From sequence record SRR31156797_1413: DNA of 20,000 nucleotides; one strand, written 5' to 3'. Both the position numbers and the translations under genes were made by a program. This document shows positions 9,367 to 19,050 of this stretch, piece by piece. Below the pieces are notes generated by a model. It did no database searches and was not told the DNA's origin. It worked only from the letters and a program-made list of their open reading frames with translations. Each line of letters begins with the position of its first letter. Position 1 is the stretch's first letter.

Positions 9367-11487
9367 ATGAATCAGTATCTAGCGGTAACCTCAAACGGTC
9401 TTGAAAACCTATTAGTCGAGGAACTCACTCAATTAGGCATTACAGACGCAAAACCTGTGCAAGCAGGGGTTAAGTTCAAAGCGTCCAAAGAGCAGATCTA
9501 CCGTTGTTGTTTATGGAGCCGATTAGCTTCTCGATTCGTGCGTGTGATAACTGAGTTCAATTGCCAAAATGATATGGATCTCTACTTATCAGCAACGTCA
9601 GTCAACTGGGTTAACCATTTCCACAGTTCTAAAAAGTTCGTTGTTGATTTTAATGGGACAAACCGAGAAATCCGTAATAGCCAATATGGCGCAATGAAAG
9701 TTAAAGATGCTGTCGTTGACTGTTTTGAAAAGAAAAACCTTCCAAGACCGTCGATCAGTAAAGATCGTGCAGATCTTCGAATTCACGTTCGCTTGCACAA
9801 TGACAAAGCGTTGCTTGGTATTGATATGGTCGGTGGTGGCTTACACATTCGTGGCTATAGACCTGAATCTGGTCGCGCACCTCTGCGTGAAACATTAGCA
9901 GCAGCTATCATTATGCGTAGCGGTTGGGACGCTTCTAAGCCTCTGTTAGACCCTATGTGTGGCTCTGGAACCCTAGTGATTGAAGCCGCTATGATGGCAG
10001 CTAAAATCGCCCCTGGTTTAAAGCGCGAAAAATGGGGGTTTGAATCTCTAGAAGATTTCGAACCTGAGCTTTGGGCTGAGGTTAAGTCAGAGGCGAGCGT
10101 GCAGGCGAGAAGGGGTGTCAATAAACTTGACGCTAAGTTTTTCGGTTTAGATAACGATACTCGTGTGTTGAAAACCGCGCGTGATAACGCTCGTCGTGCA
10201 GGTGTTGAAAACCTGATTCAATTTGAGTTGGGTGATGCGTCACTTCTTAAGAAGCCACAGGGCTTTGAAGAAGGTGTTATCGTATGTAACCCTCCGTATG
10301 GTGAACGTCTAGGTACTCATCCAGGGCTTATCGCGCTTTATACTGCGTTTGGCGCACAACTTAAGTCTGAATTTGGTGGATGTAAGGCCTCTATTTTCTC
10401 AAGCTCTGACGAGCTACTTAGCTGTTTACGTATGCGAGCGGATAAGCAGTACAAAATGAACAATGGTGCGTTACCTTGTCACCAAAAAAATTACTCTATC
10501 TCTGCTCGTGAGCGTTCTGAAGCTGAAACCGAAGCTCCACAAGCTCAAATTGCGCCTGATTTTTCCAACCGTTTAAAGAAAAACATCGGCAAGATTGGTA
10601 AATGGGCCAAACGCGAGGGGCTAGATTGCTACCGTATCTATGATGCTGATCTGCCAGAATATAACGTTGCGATTGATGTGTACTTGGATCAATTGGTCAT
10701 TCAAGAGTACGCAGCGCCAAAGAATATCCCTGAAGAGAAGGCAAAACGCCGCCTCACCGATATCATTCGTGCCACTATTCAAGTAACAGGTACCAACGCG
10801 AATAACGTAGTGCTTAAAACTCGTGAGAAGAAAAAAGGTACTTCGCAATACCAGAAGATTGGTCAACAAGCGCAAACCATGGAAGTTATTGAATACGGTG
10901 TGAAACTGATTGTTAACTTACATGATTACCTCGATACCGGCCTTTTCCTTGATCATAAGATCACTCGCCGTAAGCTGGGAGAGATGGCACAAGGTAAGGA
11001 TTTCTTAAACTTATTTGCTTATACCGGCTCTGCGACGGTTCATGCGGCTTGTGGTGGTGCTCAATCAACCACGACAGTTGATATGTCTAAAACTTATTTA
11101 GATTGGGCGAAAGACAATATGAAGCTCAATGGTCAAGTTGGCCGTCAGCATCAGTATGTACAAGCGGATTGCCTTCAATGGTTAGAGCAAGCAAATGGTC
11201 AGTATGATCTTATCTTTATTGATCCACCTACGTTTTCGAACTCGAAGCGCATGGAGCAATCATTTGATGTTCAGCGCGACCATATCCAATTAATGAAGAG
11301 CCTAAAACGTCTGTTGCGAGAGAATGGCACGATTGTGTTCTCTAATAATAAGCGTCACTTCAAAATGGACATGGAACAGCTAGCAGAGCTTGGATTAGAG
11401 GCTAAAAATATCTCTTCACAGACTCTTCCATTAGATTTTGAGCGTAATAAGCATATCCACAACTGCTGGATTGTGACTCATAAGTAA
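9367..11487 (+). CDS. rlmKL: Bifunctional 23S rRNA m2G2445/m7G2069 methyltransferase RlmKL
   Basis: 706 aa with a THUMP region and two methyltransferase domains: [26 protein letters not shown], then [25 protein letters not shown]. Confidence 0.97.
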   Translation: MNQYLAVTSNGLENLLVEELTQLGITDAKPVQAGVKFKASKEQIYRCCLWSRLASRFVRVITEFNCQNDMDLYLSATSVNWVNHFHSSKKFVVDFNGTNREIRNSQYGAMKVKDAVVDCFEKKNLPRPSISKDRADLRIHVRLHNDKALLGIDMVGGGLHIRGYRPESGRAPLRETLAAAIIMRSGWDASKPLLDPMCGSGTLVIEAAMMAAKIAPGLKREKWGFESLEDFEPELWAEVKSEASVQARRGVNKLDAKFFGLDNDTRVLKTARDNARRAGVENLIQFELGDASLLKKPQGFEEGVIVCNPPYGERLGTHPGLIALYTAFGAQLKSEFGGCKASIFSSSDELLSCLRMRADKQYKMNNGALPCHQKNYSISARERSEAETEAPQAQIAPDFSNRLKKNIGKIGKWAKREGLDCYRIYDADLPEYNVAIDVYLDQLVIQEYAAPKNIPEEKAKRRLTDIIRATIQVTGTNANNVVLKTREKKKGTSQYQKIGQQAQTMEVIEYGVKLIVNLHDYLDTGLFLDHKITRRKLGEMAQGKDFLNLFAYTGSATVHAACGGAQSTTTVDMSKTYLDWAKDNMKLNGQVGRQHQYVQADCLQWLEQANGQYDLIFIDPPTFSNSKRMEQSFDVQRDHIQLMKSLKRLLRENGTIVFSNNKRHFKMDMEQLAELGLEAKNISSQTLPLDFERNKHIHNCWIVTHK

Positions 11488-11500
11488 TAGGGACGTTGGT

Positions 11501-11743
11501 GTGGTTACTTTATACAGTACCGAAGGCTGTCATCTGTGTGAGATGGCCTTTGGCTTATTGCAGCAAGCGCAAATGGGCGACCGGGTTGAAGTGGTCGACA
11601 TCGCGTTTGATGACAATTTATTTTCTCGTTACGGGGTAACTATCCCCGTAGTTTCTTATCAAGGTTCAGAGCTTAACTGGCCTTTTGATTTCGAAGAATT
11701 AACTCAGTGGTTAGAAAACAATGGCATTAATTACCATTCATAA
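11501..11743 (+). CDS. Glutaredoxin-like protein (DUF836 type)
   Basis: 80 aa, GTG start, LYSTEGCHLC (CxxC) and RYGVTIPVV (thioredoxin-fold cis-Pro motif); overlaps uup by 23 nt. Confidence 0.85.
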   Translation: MVTLYSTEGCHLCEMAFGLLQQAQMGDRVEVVDIAFDDNLFSRYGVTIPVVSYQGSELNWPFDFEELTQWLENNGINYHS

Positions 11744-13637
11744 TGGTTTGTTAGCATTCGGCGATCATCCGTTGCTCGATCATGCTGACTTCGCTCTACA
11801 AGAAAACGAGCGCGTTTGTTTAGTTGGCCGTAACGGTGCTGGCAAGTCTACATTAATGAAAATTCTGGCAGCGGAAGTACTGCTAGACGATGGCAAGATG
11901 CAAGTAACACAAGATGTGGTTGTATCTCGATTAGAACAGGACCCACCGCGTAATGAAGAAGGTACAGTCTTCGATTATGTGGCTGGTGGCCTGCAAGGGA
12001 TTGGTGAGCAGATAAAGATCTATAACGATCTGCTCGATCTGGTCGAAATTGATCCGTCTGAATCCAATCTTAAGAAACTTTCTAATGTCCAGGAGCAACT
12101 AGAGCATTCTGGAGCTTGGCGTTTCGAAGACCGCATTAAGAACGTTTTGGCCTCTCTTAAACTGGATGGTCACACTAAACTGACTGATTTATCGGGCGGT
12201 TGGCAGCGTAAAGCTGCGTTAGCGCGTGCGCTAGTGTGCGATCCGGACGTCTTGCTACTGGATGAGCCGACTAACCACCTTGATGTGACAACGATTGAGT
12301 GGCTAGAAAGCTTTTTGAAGGACTTCCGTGGCTCTATTATCTTTATTTCTCACGACCGTTCATTTATCAAGTCGATGGCAACGCGCATCGTGGACCTCGA
12401 TCGTGGCCAGTTGAACTCATTCCCAGGCGATTATGAGAATTATCTAACGGAAAAAGAAGAGTTACTGCGTGTTGAAGACCTGCAGAATGCTGAGTTTGAC
12501 AAGAAGCTTGCTCAAGAAGAAGTATGGATCCGTCAGGGAATCAAAGCGCGTCGTACCCGTAATGAAGGTCGCGTAAGAGCGCTTAAGAAGCTGCGCCAAG
12601 AGCGTAGTGAACGCCGCGAAGTGCAGGGTAAGGTTAACTTACAAATAGATGATGCAGCGCGCTCTGGCAAGATCGTATTCGAAGCTGAAAATATTAATTA
12701 CGCCATTGATGATAAGTGCTTAGTGGATAACTTTAGCTTTAACATTATGCGCGGTGACCGTATTGCACTGATTGGCCCTAACGGCTGTGGTAAAAGTACG
12801 CTGCTTAAACTGTTGCTGGGGCAATTAACCCCGGACAGTGGTCGACTGCACTGCGGAACCAAACTCGAAGTGGCTTATTTCGATCAGTATCGAGAAGTTT
12901 TGGATCCAGAAAAAACTGTAATTGATAACTTAGCTGACGGTAAACAGGAAGTGACTGTGGGTGGGCGTCAACGTCATGCGTTGAGTTACCTGCAAGACTT
13001 CCTTTTTGCGCCTAAACGCGCACGCACGCCTGTAAAAGCGCTCTCTGGTGGCGAAAAGAACCGCTTGTTGTTAGCTCGCCTTTTCCTAAGAGCGAATAAC
13101 TTATTGGTGCTTGATGAACCAACTAACGATTTAGATATCGAAACTTTGGAACTTTTAGAAGATTTGCTTGCCAATTATCAGGGTACTTTATTGTTGGTGA
13201 GTCACGATCGTGAATTTGTTGATAATACAGTAACAACGAGTTGGATCTTTGAAGGTAATGGACAAATCGAAGAGTTTGTTGGTGGCTACCATGATGCGCA
13301 ACAGCAGCGAACGCAAGTGCTGCAATCGCGCAACGTACAAAACGACATCAAAGCTCAAAAAGTGGTTGAGCCGGCTCCCAAATCAGAGCCTGTTAAGCCT
13401 AAATCGAAGAAGTTATCTTATAAACTGCAGCGAGAGTTAGAAACACTGCCGCAGAAACTCGAACACTTAGAAGCAGAAATTGAATCGCTTCAGGAACAAG
13501 TCAACGATGCCGAATTTTTCAGTCAGTCCATCGATGTAACTCAACCGATTTTAGACAGGTTAACTGCTTCAGAGCAGGAACTTGAAACAGCTTTCGAACG
13601 TTGGGAAGAACTCGAAGCGATGCAACAGGATAGTTAG
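11721..13637 (+). CDS. uup: ABC-F family ATPase Uup
   Basis: Two ABC cassettes (GRNGAGKST/LSGGW/LLDEPTNHLD and GPNGCGKST/LSGGE/LDEPTNDLD), linker EEVWIRQGIKARRTRNEGR, and C-terminal coiled coil KKLSYKLQREL...RWEELE. Confidence 0.95.
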   Translation: MALITIHNGLLAFGDHPLLDHADFALQENERVCLVGRNGAGKSTLMKILAAEVLLDDGKMQVTQDVVVSRLEQDPPRNEEGTVFDYVAGGLQGIGEQIKIYNDLLDLVEIDPSESNLKKLSNVQEQLEHSGAWRFEDRIKNVLASLKLDGHTKLTDLSGGWQRKAALARALVCDPDVLLLDEPTNHLDVTTIEWLESFLKDFRGSIIFISHDRSFIKSMATRIVDLDRGQLNSFPGDYENYLTEKEELLRVEDLQNAEFDKKLAQEEVWIRQGIKARRTRNEGRVRALKKLRQERSERREVQGKVNLQIDDAARSGKIVFEAENINYAIDDKCLVDNFSFNIMRGDRIALIGPNGCGKSTLLKLLLGQLTPDSGRLHCGTKLEVAYFDQYREVLDPEKTVIDNLADGKQEVTVGGRQRHALSYLQDFLFAPKRARTPVKALSGGEKNRLLLARLFLRANNLLVLDEPTNDLDIETLELLEDLLANYQGTLLLVSHDREFVDNTVTTSWIFEGNGQIEEFVGGYHDAQQQRTQVLQSRNVQNDIKAQKVVEPAPKSEPVKPKSKKLSYKLQRELETLPQKLEHLEAEIESLQEQVNDAEFFSQSIDVTQPILDRLTASEQELETAFERWEELEAMQQDS

Positions 13638-13645
13638 TAGAATTT

Positions 13646-15337
13646 ATGAATAGTAAGATGTTTAAGCTGAGCATTATTAGCTCTGCACTGTTAGCCACTA
13701 CACAGGTATCGGCTGCACTTTATGACGTTATGGAGGTTTCACCAACTAGTGTAACCAATTCATATAAAAGTACTTATGGTGTAGCTATTCAACCAGCAAC
13801 CACTACAGGTGCTGCTGATAACTGTTTCAACGCTGCTAGTGCCGGTGGAACAGCGTGTGATGGTTACATGCTAGCGGGTGAAACCCGCTTGAAATCACTT
13901 AATTCTGGTCAAGCTGTAGATGGTATTAGTTTTCGAGAGGAAGCACCGTTTGCATTCAATAACCGCAATGCCTTCGATTACCTTGATAGCTATGATGATT
14001 TTGTAAATTACTGTGAATATGAATTGAAATATTCAACATGTAATTATTGGGCCAGCGACCGTTGGGATGTATGGAATAGCGAGAGAAGTGGATCAAACAC
14101 GCCCAACTCTATCGCATATACAGGGGCTTCCACTACTGGTACTGCAATAGATCAAAGCTACAATATAGTTGTAAATAGTTTATACAATACAACACCAGTG
14201 GGGATCGGTTTTGAAACTGGTAACAGTGGTATTATTCGTACACTCATTGATATTAATGATAATTCCGCAACAACTTTCAGAGCATGGCGCATGGATGACA
14301 CTGGTACTTATACTGTAGGTAGTACGGTAGTGTCTTCTGGCTCTAGCAGTTATACAACTAAGGCAGCGATTGCTGATGGTGGGACAATCTATTCAATTGA
14401 TTGGCCAAGTAATAGTTCTCTAAGTGACAATAAGTACGCACAGGGAAGTATGCGTGACATTGTTATAGATGGAAGCAATATCTACGGTGTAGGGTATAAC
14501 ACTTACAATTCTAGTGAAAACTATATGAATGCTACAGTGTTCCAAGGAAGCACATCTAATTTAAATGCTTGGACATCTATTGTTGTGGATGATGCAAGTG
14601 TCGAAGTTGGTGGTGAAGTTATACATAGTAATTCTGTAGTTACGTCTGTAAATAATAATTTCGTTGCTATTGGATCTGCTAAGCGTGATGGTGACAAGCC
14701 TAAGTTGAATGCTGCGGCAAATCGTTTGTTTATTATTGATGATGTGCGTTCGAGTAGTATATCTGCTGAGTTTCCTTCAGGTGGGATCTTATTTGACGGT
14801 GCAGGCGGTAAAGCCGGTACGATCAATAATTATAACGAAATCGTTGGCCAAATTGATTTTGAAAAGACTCGGGAAGTTGATGGTAAGCCACGTAGAAAAC
14901 GTGGGTTTATTTATCCTTATGTGGCGGGTTATTATGATGACTCTGACACAACTGAATATGCAAACTATATAGCTCGTGCTGCTCGTTTTAAAAATAAAGC
15001 CTGGTACCTTGATGATTTAACCAACGACGGTTCAACATCAGGCAACAACCAATATCGTGTAATTGACGCTACAGATATCAATGACGCGGGTGTTATTTCC
15101 GCGACTGCACTCAAGTGTGATGGTGGTTATGATACTACTGCGCATAATTCTACTTGTGGCGGCGGAAGTCAAACAGAAACGACAGTAGCAGTAAAACTTG
15201 TACCAAAACTAGGAGCTACTGCAAGCAATATTAGCGAACGTGGCATAGACGAAAACTCAAGTTCTGAACGTTCAGGTGCTGGTTTGGGACTATGGGGATT
15301 TATTCTGCTAGGTTTAGCTTGGTTCCGTAGAAAATAG
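13646..15337 (+). CDS. Secreted, surface-anchored DUF3466-like protein with a GlyGly-CTERM-type (rhombosortase) sorting signal
   Basis: Signal peptide MNSKMFKLSIISSALLATTQVSA, Ser/Thr/Asn-rich beta-type repeats (INNYNEIVG, INDAGVISA), and C-terminus SSERSGAGLG + hydrophobic helix + FRRK. Confidence 0.8.
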   Translation: MNSKMFKLSIISSALLATTQVSAALYDVMEVSPTSVTNSYKSTYGVAIQPATTTGAADNCFNAASAGGTACDGYMLAGETRLKSLNSGQAVDGISFREEAPFAFNNRNAFDYLDSYDDFVNYCEYELKYSTCNYWASDRWDVWNSERSGSNTPNSIAYTGASTTGTAIDQSYNIVVNSLYNTTPVGIGFETGNSGIIRTLIDINDNSATTFRAWRMDDTGTYTVGSTVVSSGSSSYTTKAAIADGGTIYSIDWPSNSSLSDNKYAQGSMRDIVIDGSNIYGVGYNTYNSSENYMNATVFQGSTSNLNAWTSIVVDDASVEVGGEVIHSNSVVTSVNNNFVAIGSAKRDGDKPKLNAAANRLFIIDDVRSSSISAEFPSGGILFDGAGGKAGTINNYNEIVGQIDFEKTREVDGKPRRKRGFIYPYVAGYYDDSDTTEYANYIARAARFKNKAWYLDDLTNDGSTSGNNQYRVIDATDINDAGVISATALKCDGGYDTTAHNSTCGGGSQTETTVAVKLVPKLGATASNISERGIDENSSSERSGAGLGLWGFILLGLAWFRRK

Positions 15338-15353
15338 TCATTTTTTGTCAATT

Positions 15354-15392
15354 AAAGCACAAGCTCACAAAAATGGGTTTGTGCTTTTTTTT
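15354..15392 (+). terminator. Intrinsic terminator of the rlmKL-uup-DUF3466 unit
   Basis: AAAGCACAAGCTCA-CAAAAA-TGGGTTTGTGCTTT stem (two G:U pairs) plus a T run. Confidence 0.8.
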
Positions 15393-15504
15393 GACTTGAG
15401 AATGGGGGATTTTTGCGCGATTCTTAATGGTGTGGTCATAAAAGATCCACACATTTGCAATAGTTGTAAGTAATAGACACAAGTTACTGTATGAGGACTG
15501 CACT

Positions 15505-15678
15505 ATGAAGAGACAAAAGCGTGATCGCCTTGAAAGAGCACAATCTCAAGGTTACAAAGCTGGTTTGAATGGACGATCTCCTGAGGAGTGTCCATACCAA
15601 CAAAATGATGCTCGTTCATATTGGCTAGGCGGTTGGCGTGACGCAAGAGATGACAAAAACTCTGGTCTCTATAAATAA
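15505..15678 (+). CDS. rmf: Ribosome modulation factor (57 aa; absent from the ORF track)
   Basis: Manual translation MKRQKRDRLERAQSQGYKAGLNGRSPEECPYQQNDARSYWLGGWRDARDDKNSGLYK; GAGGA RBS at 15493-15497; convergent with fabA as in E. coli. Confidence 0.97.
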   Translation: MKRQKRDRLERAQSQGYKAGLNGRSPEECPYQQNDARSYWLGGWRDARDDKNSGLYK

Positions 15679-15700
15679 CCCCCACATACGAAAAGGATTT

Positions 15701-15721
15701 AAGCCCCGAAAGGGGCTTTTT
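15701..15721 (+). terminator. Intrinsic terminator of rmf
   Basis: AAGCCCC-GAAA-GGGGCTT with a GNRA loop, followed by Ts. Confidence 0.9.
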
Positions 15722-15774
15722 AGTGTCAGTAGTATGAGAATCTAATGCACTATAACTAGTTTTATTGGATCAAA

Positions 15775-15797
15775 TAAAAACAGCTCGAAAGCTGTTC
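15775..15797 (-). terminator. Intrinsic terminator of fabA
   Basis: Minus strand reads AACAGC-TTTCGA-GCTGTT-TTTA just after the fabA stop. Confidence 0.75.
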
Positions 15798-15814
15798 TTA
15801 TTCATTAAATCAAA

Positions 15815-16333
15815 TTAAAACGCTGAAGTGTCTTGGAAAAGGCCAACTTTCAGGTCTTTAGCAACGTAAATTTCTTTACCATCGACAAGAACACGACCGT
15901 CAGCTAAACCCATAACCAATTTACGGTTAACAACACGCTTCATATTGATTTCGTAAGTAACTTTTTTAGCCGTTGGTAAGATTTGGCCAGTAAATTTAAC
16001 TTCACCAACACCAAGAGCACGACCTTTACCTTTGCCGTCAACCCAACCAAGGAAGAAACCAACAAGTTGCCACATTGCGTCTAGGCCAAGACAGCCAGGC
16101 ATTACAGGGTCACCGGGGAAGTGACAATCGAAGAACCACAAATCAGGAGTGATATCTAACTCAGCAATAATTAAACCTTTGCCAAATTCACCTTCAGTTT
16201 CAGACATTTTGCTAATACGATCCATCATTAGCATGTTTGGTGCTGGCAATTGAGGGTATCCCGGGCCAAAAAGCTCACCACGGCTAGAAGCTAATAGGTC
16301 TTCACGATTATATGAATCACGTTTGTTTTGCAT
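15815..16333 (-). CDS. fabA: 3-hydroxyacyl-ACP dehydratase/isomerase FabA (172 aa)
   Basis: [37 protein letters not shown] and [14 protein letters not shown]. Start set at the ATG (MQNKR), with a GGAG RBS at 16343-16346 on the minus strand. Confidence 0.97.
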   Translation of the reverse strand: MQNKRDSYNREDLLASSRGELFGPGYPQLPAPNMLMMDRISKMSETEGEFGKGLIIAELDITPDLWFFDCHFPGDPVMPGCLGLDAMWQLVGFFLGWVDGKGKGRALGVGEVKFTGQILPTAKKVTYEINMKRVVNRKLVMGLADGRVLVDGKEIYVAKDLKVGLFQDTSAF

Positions 16334-16368
16334 TATCAATTACTCCAATTTTTGATAGGGTGCATGTT

Positions 16369-16386
16369 AGTGAACACGTGTACGCC
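16369..16386 (-). promoter_or_regulatory. FabR operator of fabA
   Basis: Minus strand GGCGTACACGTGTTCACT, close to the E. coli fabA/fabB FabR palindromes (GCGTACAnGTGTnnGC) as recalled. Confidence 0.8.
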
Positions 16387-16387
16387 A

Positions 16388-16404
16388 AACAACTCCGATC
16401 AGTA
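16388..16404 (-). promoter_or_regulatory. FadR binding site of fabA
   Basis: Minus strand TACTGATCGGAGTTGTT, 15/17 identical to the recalled E. coli fabA FadR site AACTGATCGGACTTGTT; directly next to the FabR box. Confidence 0.85.
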
Positions 16405-18051
16405 CTAAACAAACCAGTTTTTGATGCGGTCCACAAACCCGATAGGGTGAACATGTTTTTCAAAGTTTTCTATGCGCTCAGCAATTTTGCTGATCACGCT
16501 CTCTTCATCTTCACCCCTAAATGGTTTACCCATTAGAAGTGGGACAGCCTCATCGACATGTGAAACTGGCCAAATATGAAATTCGCCACTCTTGATACTT
16601 TCTACGACCGACTTATGCAATGCAAGATGTTTTAGATTGCTATTTGGTAGTATGACGCCCTGATTACCTGTGAACCCTTGATGTTTACAAACATGATAGA
16701 AGCCTTCAATCTTCTCATTGAGTCCACCGACAGCCTGAACACGGCCAAATTGGTCAACAGCACCAGTGACTGCTATTTGTTGGTTAATTGGATATTCTGA
16801 TAGTGCGCTTACCAACGAACAAAGCTCGGCAAGGGAAGCACTGTCGCCATCGACTTCACAGTAAGATTGTTCAAACACAACAGATGCAGAGTAAGGCAGA
16901 GGAACATCTAGATCGAGTTCACTACTCACGAATGCTTGCATGATCATCATGCCTTTTGCATGCAAATTGCCACCAAGCTCCACTTTTCGTTCTACATCAG
17001 AGATATCACCATCTCCGAAATGGATGACACAAGAAATACGAGCAGGTTCACCATAAGAAATAGGATGGCCCGCAATATCGACTACGGTCAAACCGTTGAC
17101 TTGGCCCACTTGCTCGCCGTCCGTTTCGATGAACACTTGGCCTTCAAGAATGTCATCCAGGGCTCGCTCAGGTAGGTAGGACTCTCTGAAGTAGCGACGA
17201 TCTAAAGCTGTATCAATATGATGGGCATCGATATCTCCGCCATTGGCTTCGATTGCAGCCTCTTCCAACAATGAGCGATGCCACATAACACAGAGTGGAG
17301 CATAGTGTTGATCTTCAGTGTAACGTGCGCCGGCAACCATAAGACGAGCGATAGCATTAACTTGCAGGTTAGGTAACGTGTAGTAATGACATAACCATTT
17401 AACGAAAGATAAGTAAGAGGCCATTGAACTGGCGTCTATTTTGATATCGAGCTCTAGCTCACTGTAAACACAAAGGCCAGAATGAATATCAGCATCCAAA
17501 AAATCCAAATCACCCAGTTGACTGCGATCGCCAATGACCACCAGTTTAACGTCATAGGTCTTAGTTGTAGGGTGTTGAATAATCGATTTTGGGTCGCAAT
17601 TTACTGCGGAAATTGGGTTACCTAAAAGCGCTGATTTAAGCGTTGGCCAATAACGTGGATTCGCCAATAGTAAGTTGGCCGATACGATGAGGTAGCCACC
17701 GTTCGCTTGATCAATTAACCCTTTAGATTCAGTAACAACATGGCCATTTTCGGCTTTTACTCGCCCTAAAATCTCATCCATTTCCAGAGTTTCTGTCATA
17801 CAGACTGGTGTATTTTGATCTGTTAATGAACGCATTTTGTCAGCAATCAGCGAGCGATAGATGGAATTATCGGGAGCATTAACCATAAGTACACGGCTTA
17901 AGCCCTTAATCTTCACGAAGTGATGAATTGCACTGGATAAACGTTGTTGTATATCGATTAAAGACAGGTCGGATAGGTTAGGGTACTGATCAATTTCTGA
18001 TTGGAATTCATCGTACTGAGGGGTTGCAAGGCGCCAAATATCTTGAGTCAT
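16405..18051 (-). CDS. ycbZ: Lon-like (S16 family) protease, YcbZ-type
   Basis: Lon protease domain with VGQVNGL, CEVDGDSAS (catalytic Ser), AVTGAVDQFG and GGLNEKIEG (catalytic Lys); degenerate AAA-like N-terminus; between fabA and matP. Confidence 0.85.
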   Translation of the reverse strand: MTQDIWRLATPQYDEFQSEIDQYPNLSDLSLIDIQQRLSSAIHHFVKIKGLSRVLMVNAPDNSIYRSLIADKMRSLTDQNTPVCMTETLEMDEILGRVKAENGHVVTESKGLIDQANGGYLIVSANLLLANPRYWPTLKSALLGNPISAVNCDPKSIIQHPTTKTYDVKLVVIGDRSQLGDLDFLDADIHSGLCVYSELELDIKIDASSMASYLSFVKWLCHYYTLPNLQVNAIARLMVAGARYTEDQHYAPLCVMWHRSLLEEAAIEANGGDIDAHHIDTALDRRYFRESYLPERALDDILEGQVFIETDGEQVGQVNGLTVVDIAGHPISYGEPARISCVIHFGDGDISDVERKVELGGNLHAKGMMIMQAFVSSELDLDVPLPYSASVVFEQSYCEVDGDSASLAELCSLVSALSEYPINQQIAVTGAVDQFGRVQAVGGLNEKIEGFYHVCKHQGFTGNQGVILPNSNLKHLALHKSVVESIKSGEFHIWPVSHVDEAVPLLMGKPFRGEDEESVISKIAERIENFEKHVHPIGFVDRIKNWFV

Positions 18052-18158
18052 TGAATTACTGAATTAATATTAAGTTAACGACGGATTATATAGAAAAACC
18101 CACATCGGTAATAGCATAGATATTGAATGATCCTGATCTAAGATTTTCGCAGTTTCAT

Positions 18159-18194
18159 TTGAATATCGCTATTTACTGGGTTACGCTGTCACCC
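18159..18194 (+). promoter_or_regulatory. Putative matP promoter overlapped by a matS-like palindrome
   Basis: TTGAAT (18159-18164), 17 bp, TACGCT (18182-18187). The -10 lies inside GGGTTAC-GCT-GTCACCC (18178-18194), whose core GTTACGCTGTCAC matches E. coli matS GTGACRNYGTCAC at 12/13 positions. Confidence 0.65.
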
Positions 18195-18217
18195 TAACTT
18201 TTTATGGATAACTGTAA

Positions 18218-18667
18218 ATGAAATATCAGCAGCTTGAAAACCTCGAATGTGGTTGGAAATGGCAGTATTTGATTAAGAAATGGAAAGATGGTGAAGCGAT
18301 CACTTGTCATGTTGATCGTAGTGAGGCCGATGCTGCAGTGGCAAAGCTTAAAACTCTAGAGCATGAACCAACATTAGTCCTCGACTGGATTGATGAACAC
18401 ATGGCTCCTGAGTTAAGCAACAAGCTAAAGCAAGCTATTCGTGCCAAACGTAAGCGTCATTTCAACGCAGAACAGTTGCACACCCGTAAAAAGTCTATCG
18501 ACCTTGATTATCAAGTGTGGGAAAAGCTCTCCACTCGGGCCAATGAGCTTGGTTGTACACTTTCTGATGCCATTGAGTACCTTCTTAGTGAAGCATCCCG
18601 AAGTGAAAAAGCGAGTAAAACCGTATCGAGTTTGAAAGAAGATTTGAGTAAGTTGCTATCTGATTAG
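18218..18667 (+). CDS. matP: Ter macrodomain organiser MatP
   Basis: Diagnostic MKYQQLENLECGWKWQYL N-terminus and IRAKRKRHFNAE..HTRKKSIDLDYQVWEKLS ribbon-helix-helix region. Confidence 0.97.
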   Translation: MKYQQLENLECGWKWQYLIKKWKDGEAITCHVDRSEADAAVAKLKTLEHEPTLVLDWIDEHMAPELSNKLKQAIRAKRKRHFNAEQLHTRKKSIDLDYQVWEKLSTRANELGCTLSDAIEYLLSEASRSEKASKTVSSLKEDLSKLLSD

Positions 18668-18678
18668 GAGTTACGCTC

Positions 18679-18996
18679 ATGTTGTATGTTATTTTAATTG
18701 CTGCCGCGGTGATTTTTTGGTTAGTTGCGGTTGATAGGCCGGTTTTAAGAGTGACCGTAAAAGATGGTTCTTTTAGTAAGGTAAAAGGACACTTTCCTCC
18801 GACGTTTAAACATAATGTGTCTGAAATCGCTGAAGTCACGCCATTTAGTGGTGATATTAAAGTTTATCAACAACGTAGCGGAATGAAATTAGTATTCTCC
18901 AATGATGTCCCCAAGAAAGTTCAACAACGCATCAGAAATGTGTTCCCTCATCAGGGCTTTAAGAGCTCAGGTAGCAAAACAAAGAAAGGCCGTTAG
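18679..18996 (+). CDS. Membrane-anchored conserved protein, DUF3634-like
   Basis: 105 aa with an N-terminal transmembrane helix and C-terminal VQQRIRNVFP motif; AGGAG RBS; 11 nt after matP. Confidence 0.7.
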   Translation: MLYVILIAAAVIFWLVAVDRPVLRVTVKDGSFSKVKGHFPPTFKHNVSEIAEVTPFSGDIKVYQQRSGMKLVFSNDVPKKVQQRIRNVFPHQGFKSSGSKTKKGR

Positions 18997-19022
18997 AAGC
19001 TTAGATAGAAATCATTTTGAAA

Positions 19023-19050
19023 AGAAGGCACTTTCTAAAGTGTCTTTTTT
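19023..19050 (+). terminator. Intrinsic terminator of matP-DUF3634; marks the end of the core block
   Basis: AAGGCACTT-TCTA-AAGTGTCTT hairpin plus a T run. Confidence 0.75.

Noticed and set aside
15503-15685. Tracked 60-aa minus-strand ORF
   Set aside because: Antisense shadow of the real rmf gene on the plus strand.
1228-18839. Many 60-110 aa ORFs nested in or antisense to the major genes (e.g. 4220-4522, 5043-5375, 14521-14826, 16312-16536, 18585-18839)
   Set aside because: They overlap well-supported conserved genes and show no recognisable motifs; consistent with chance shadow ORFs.
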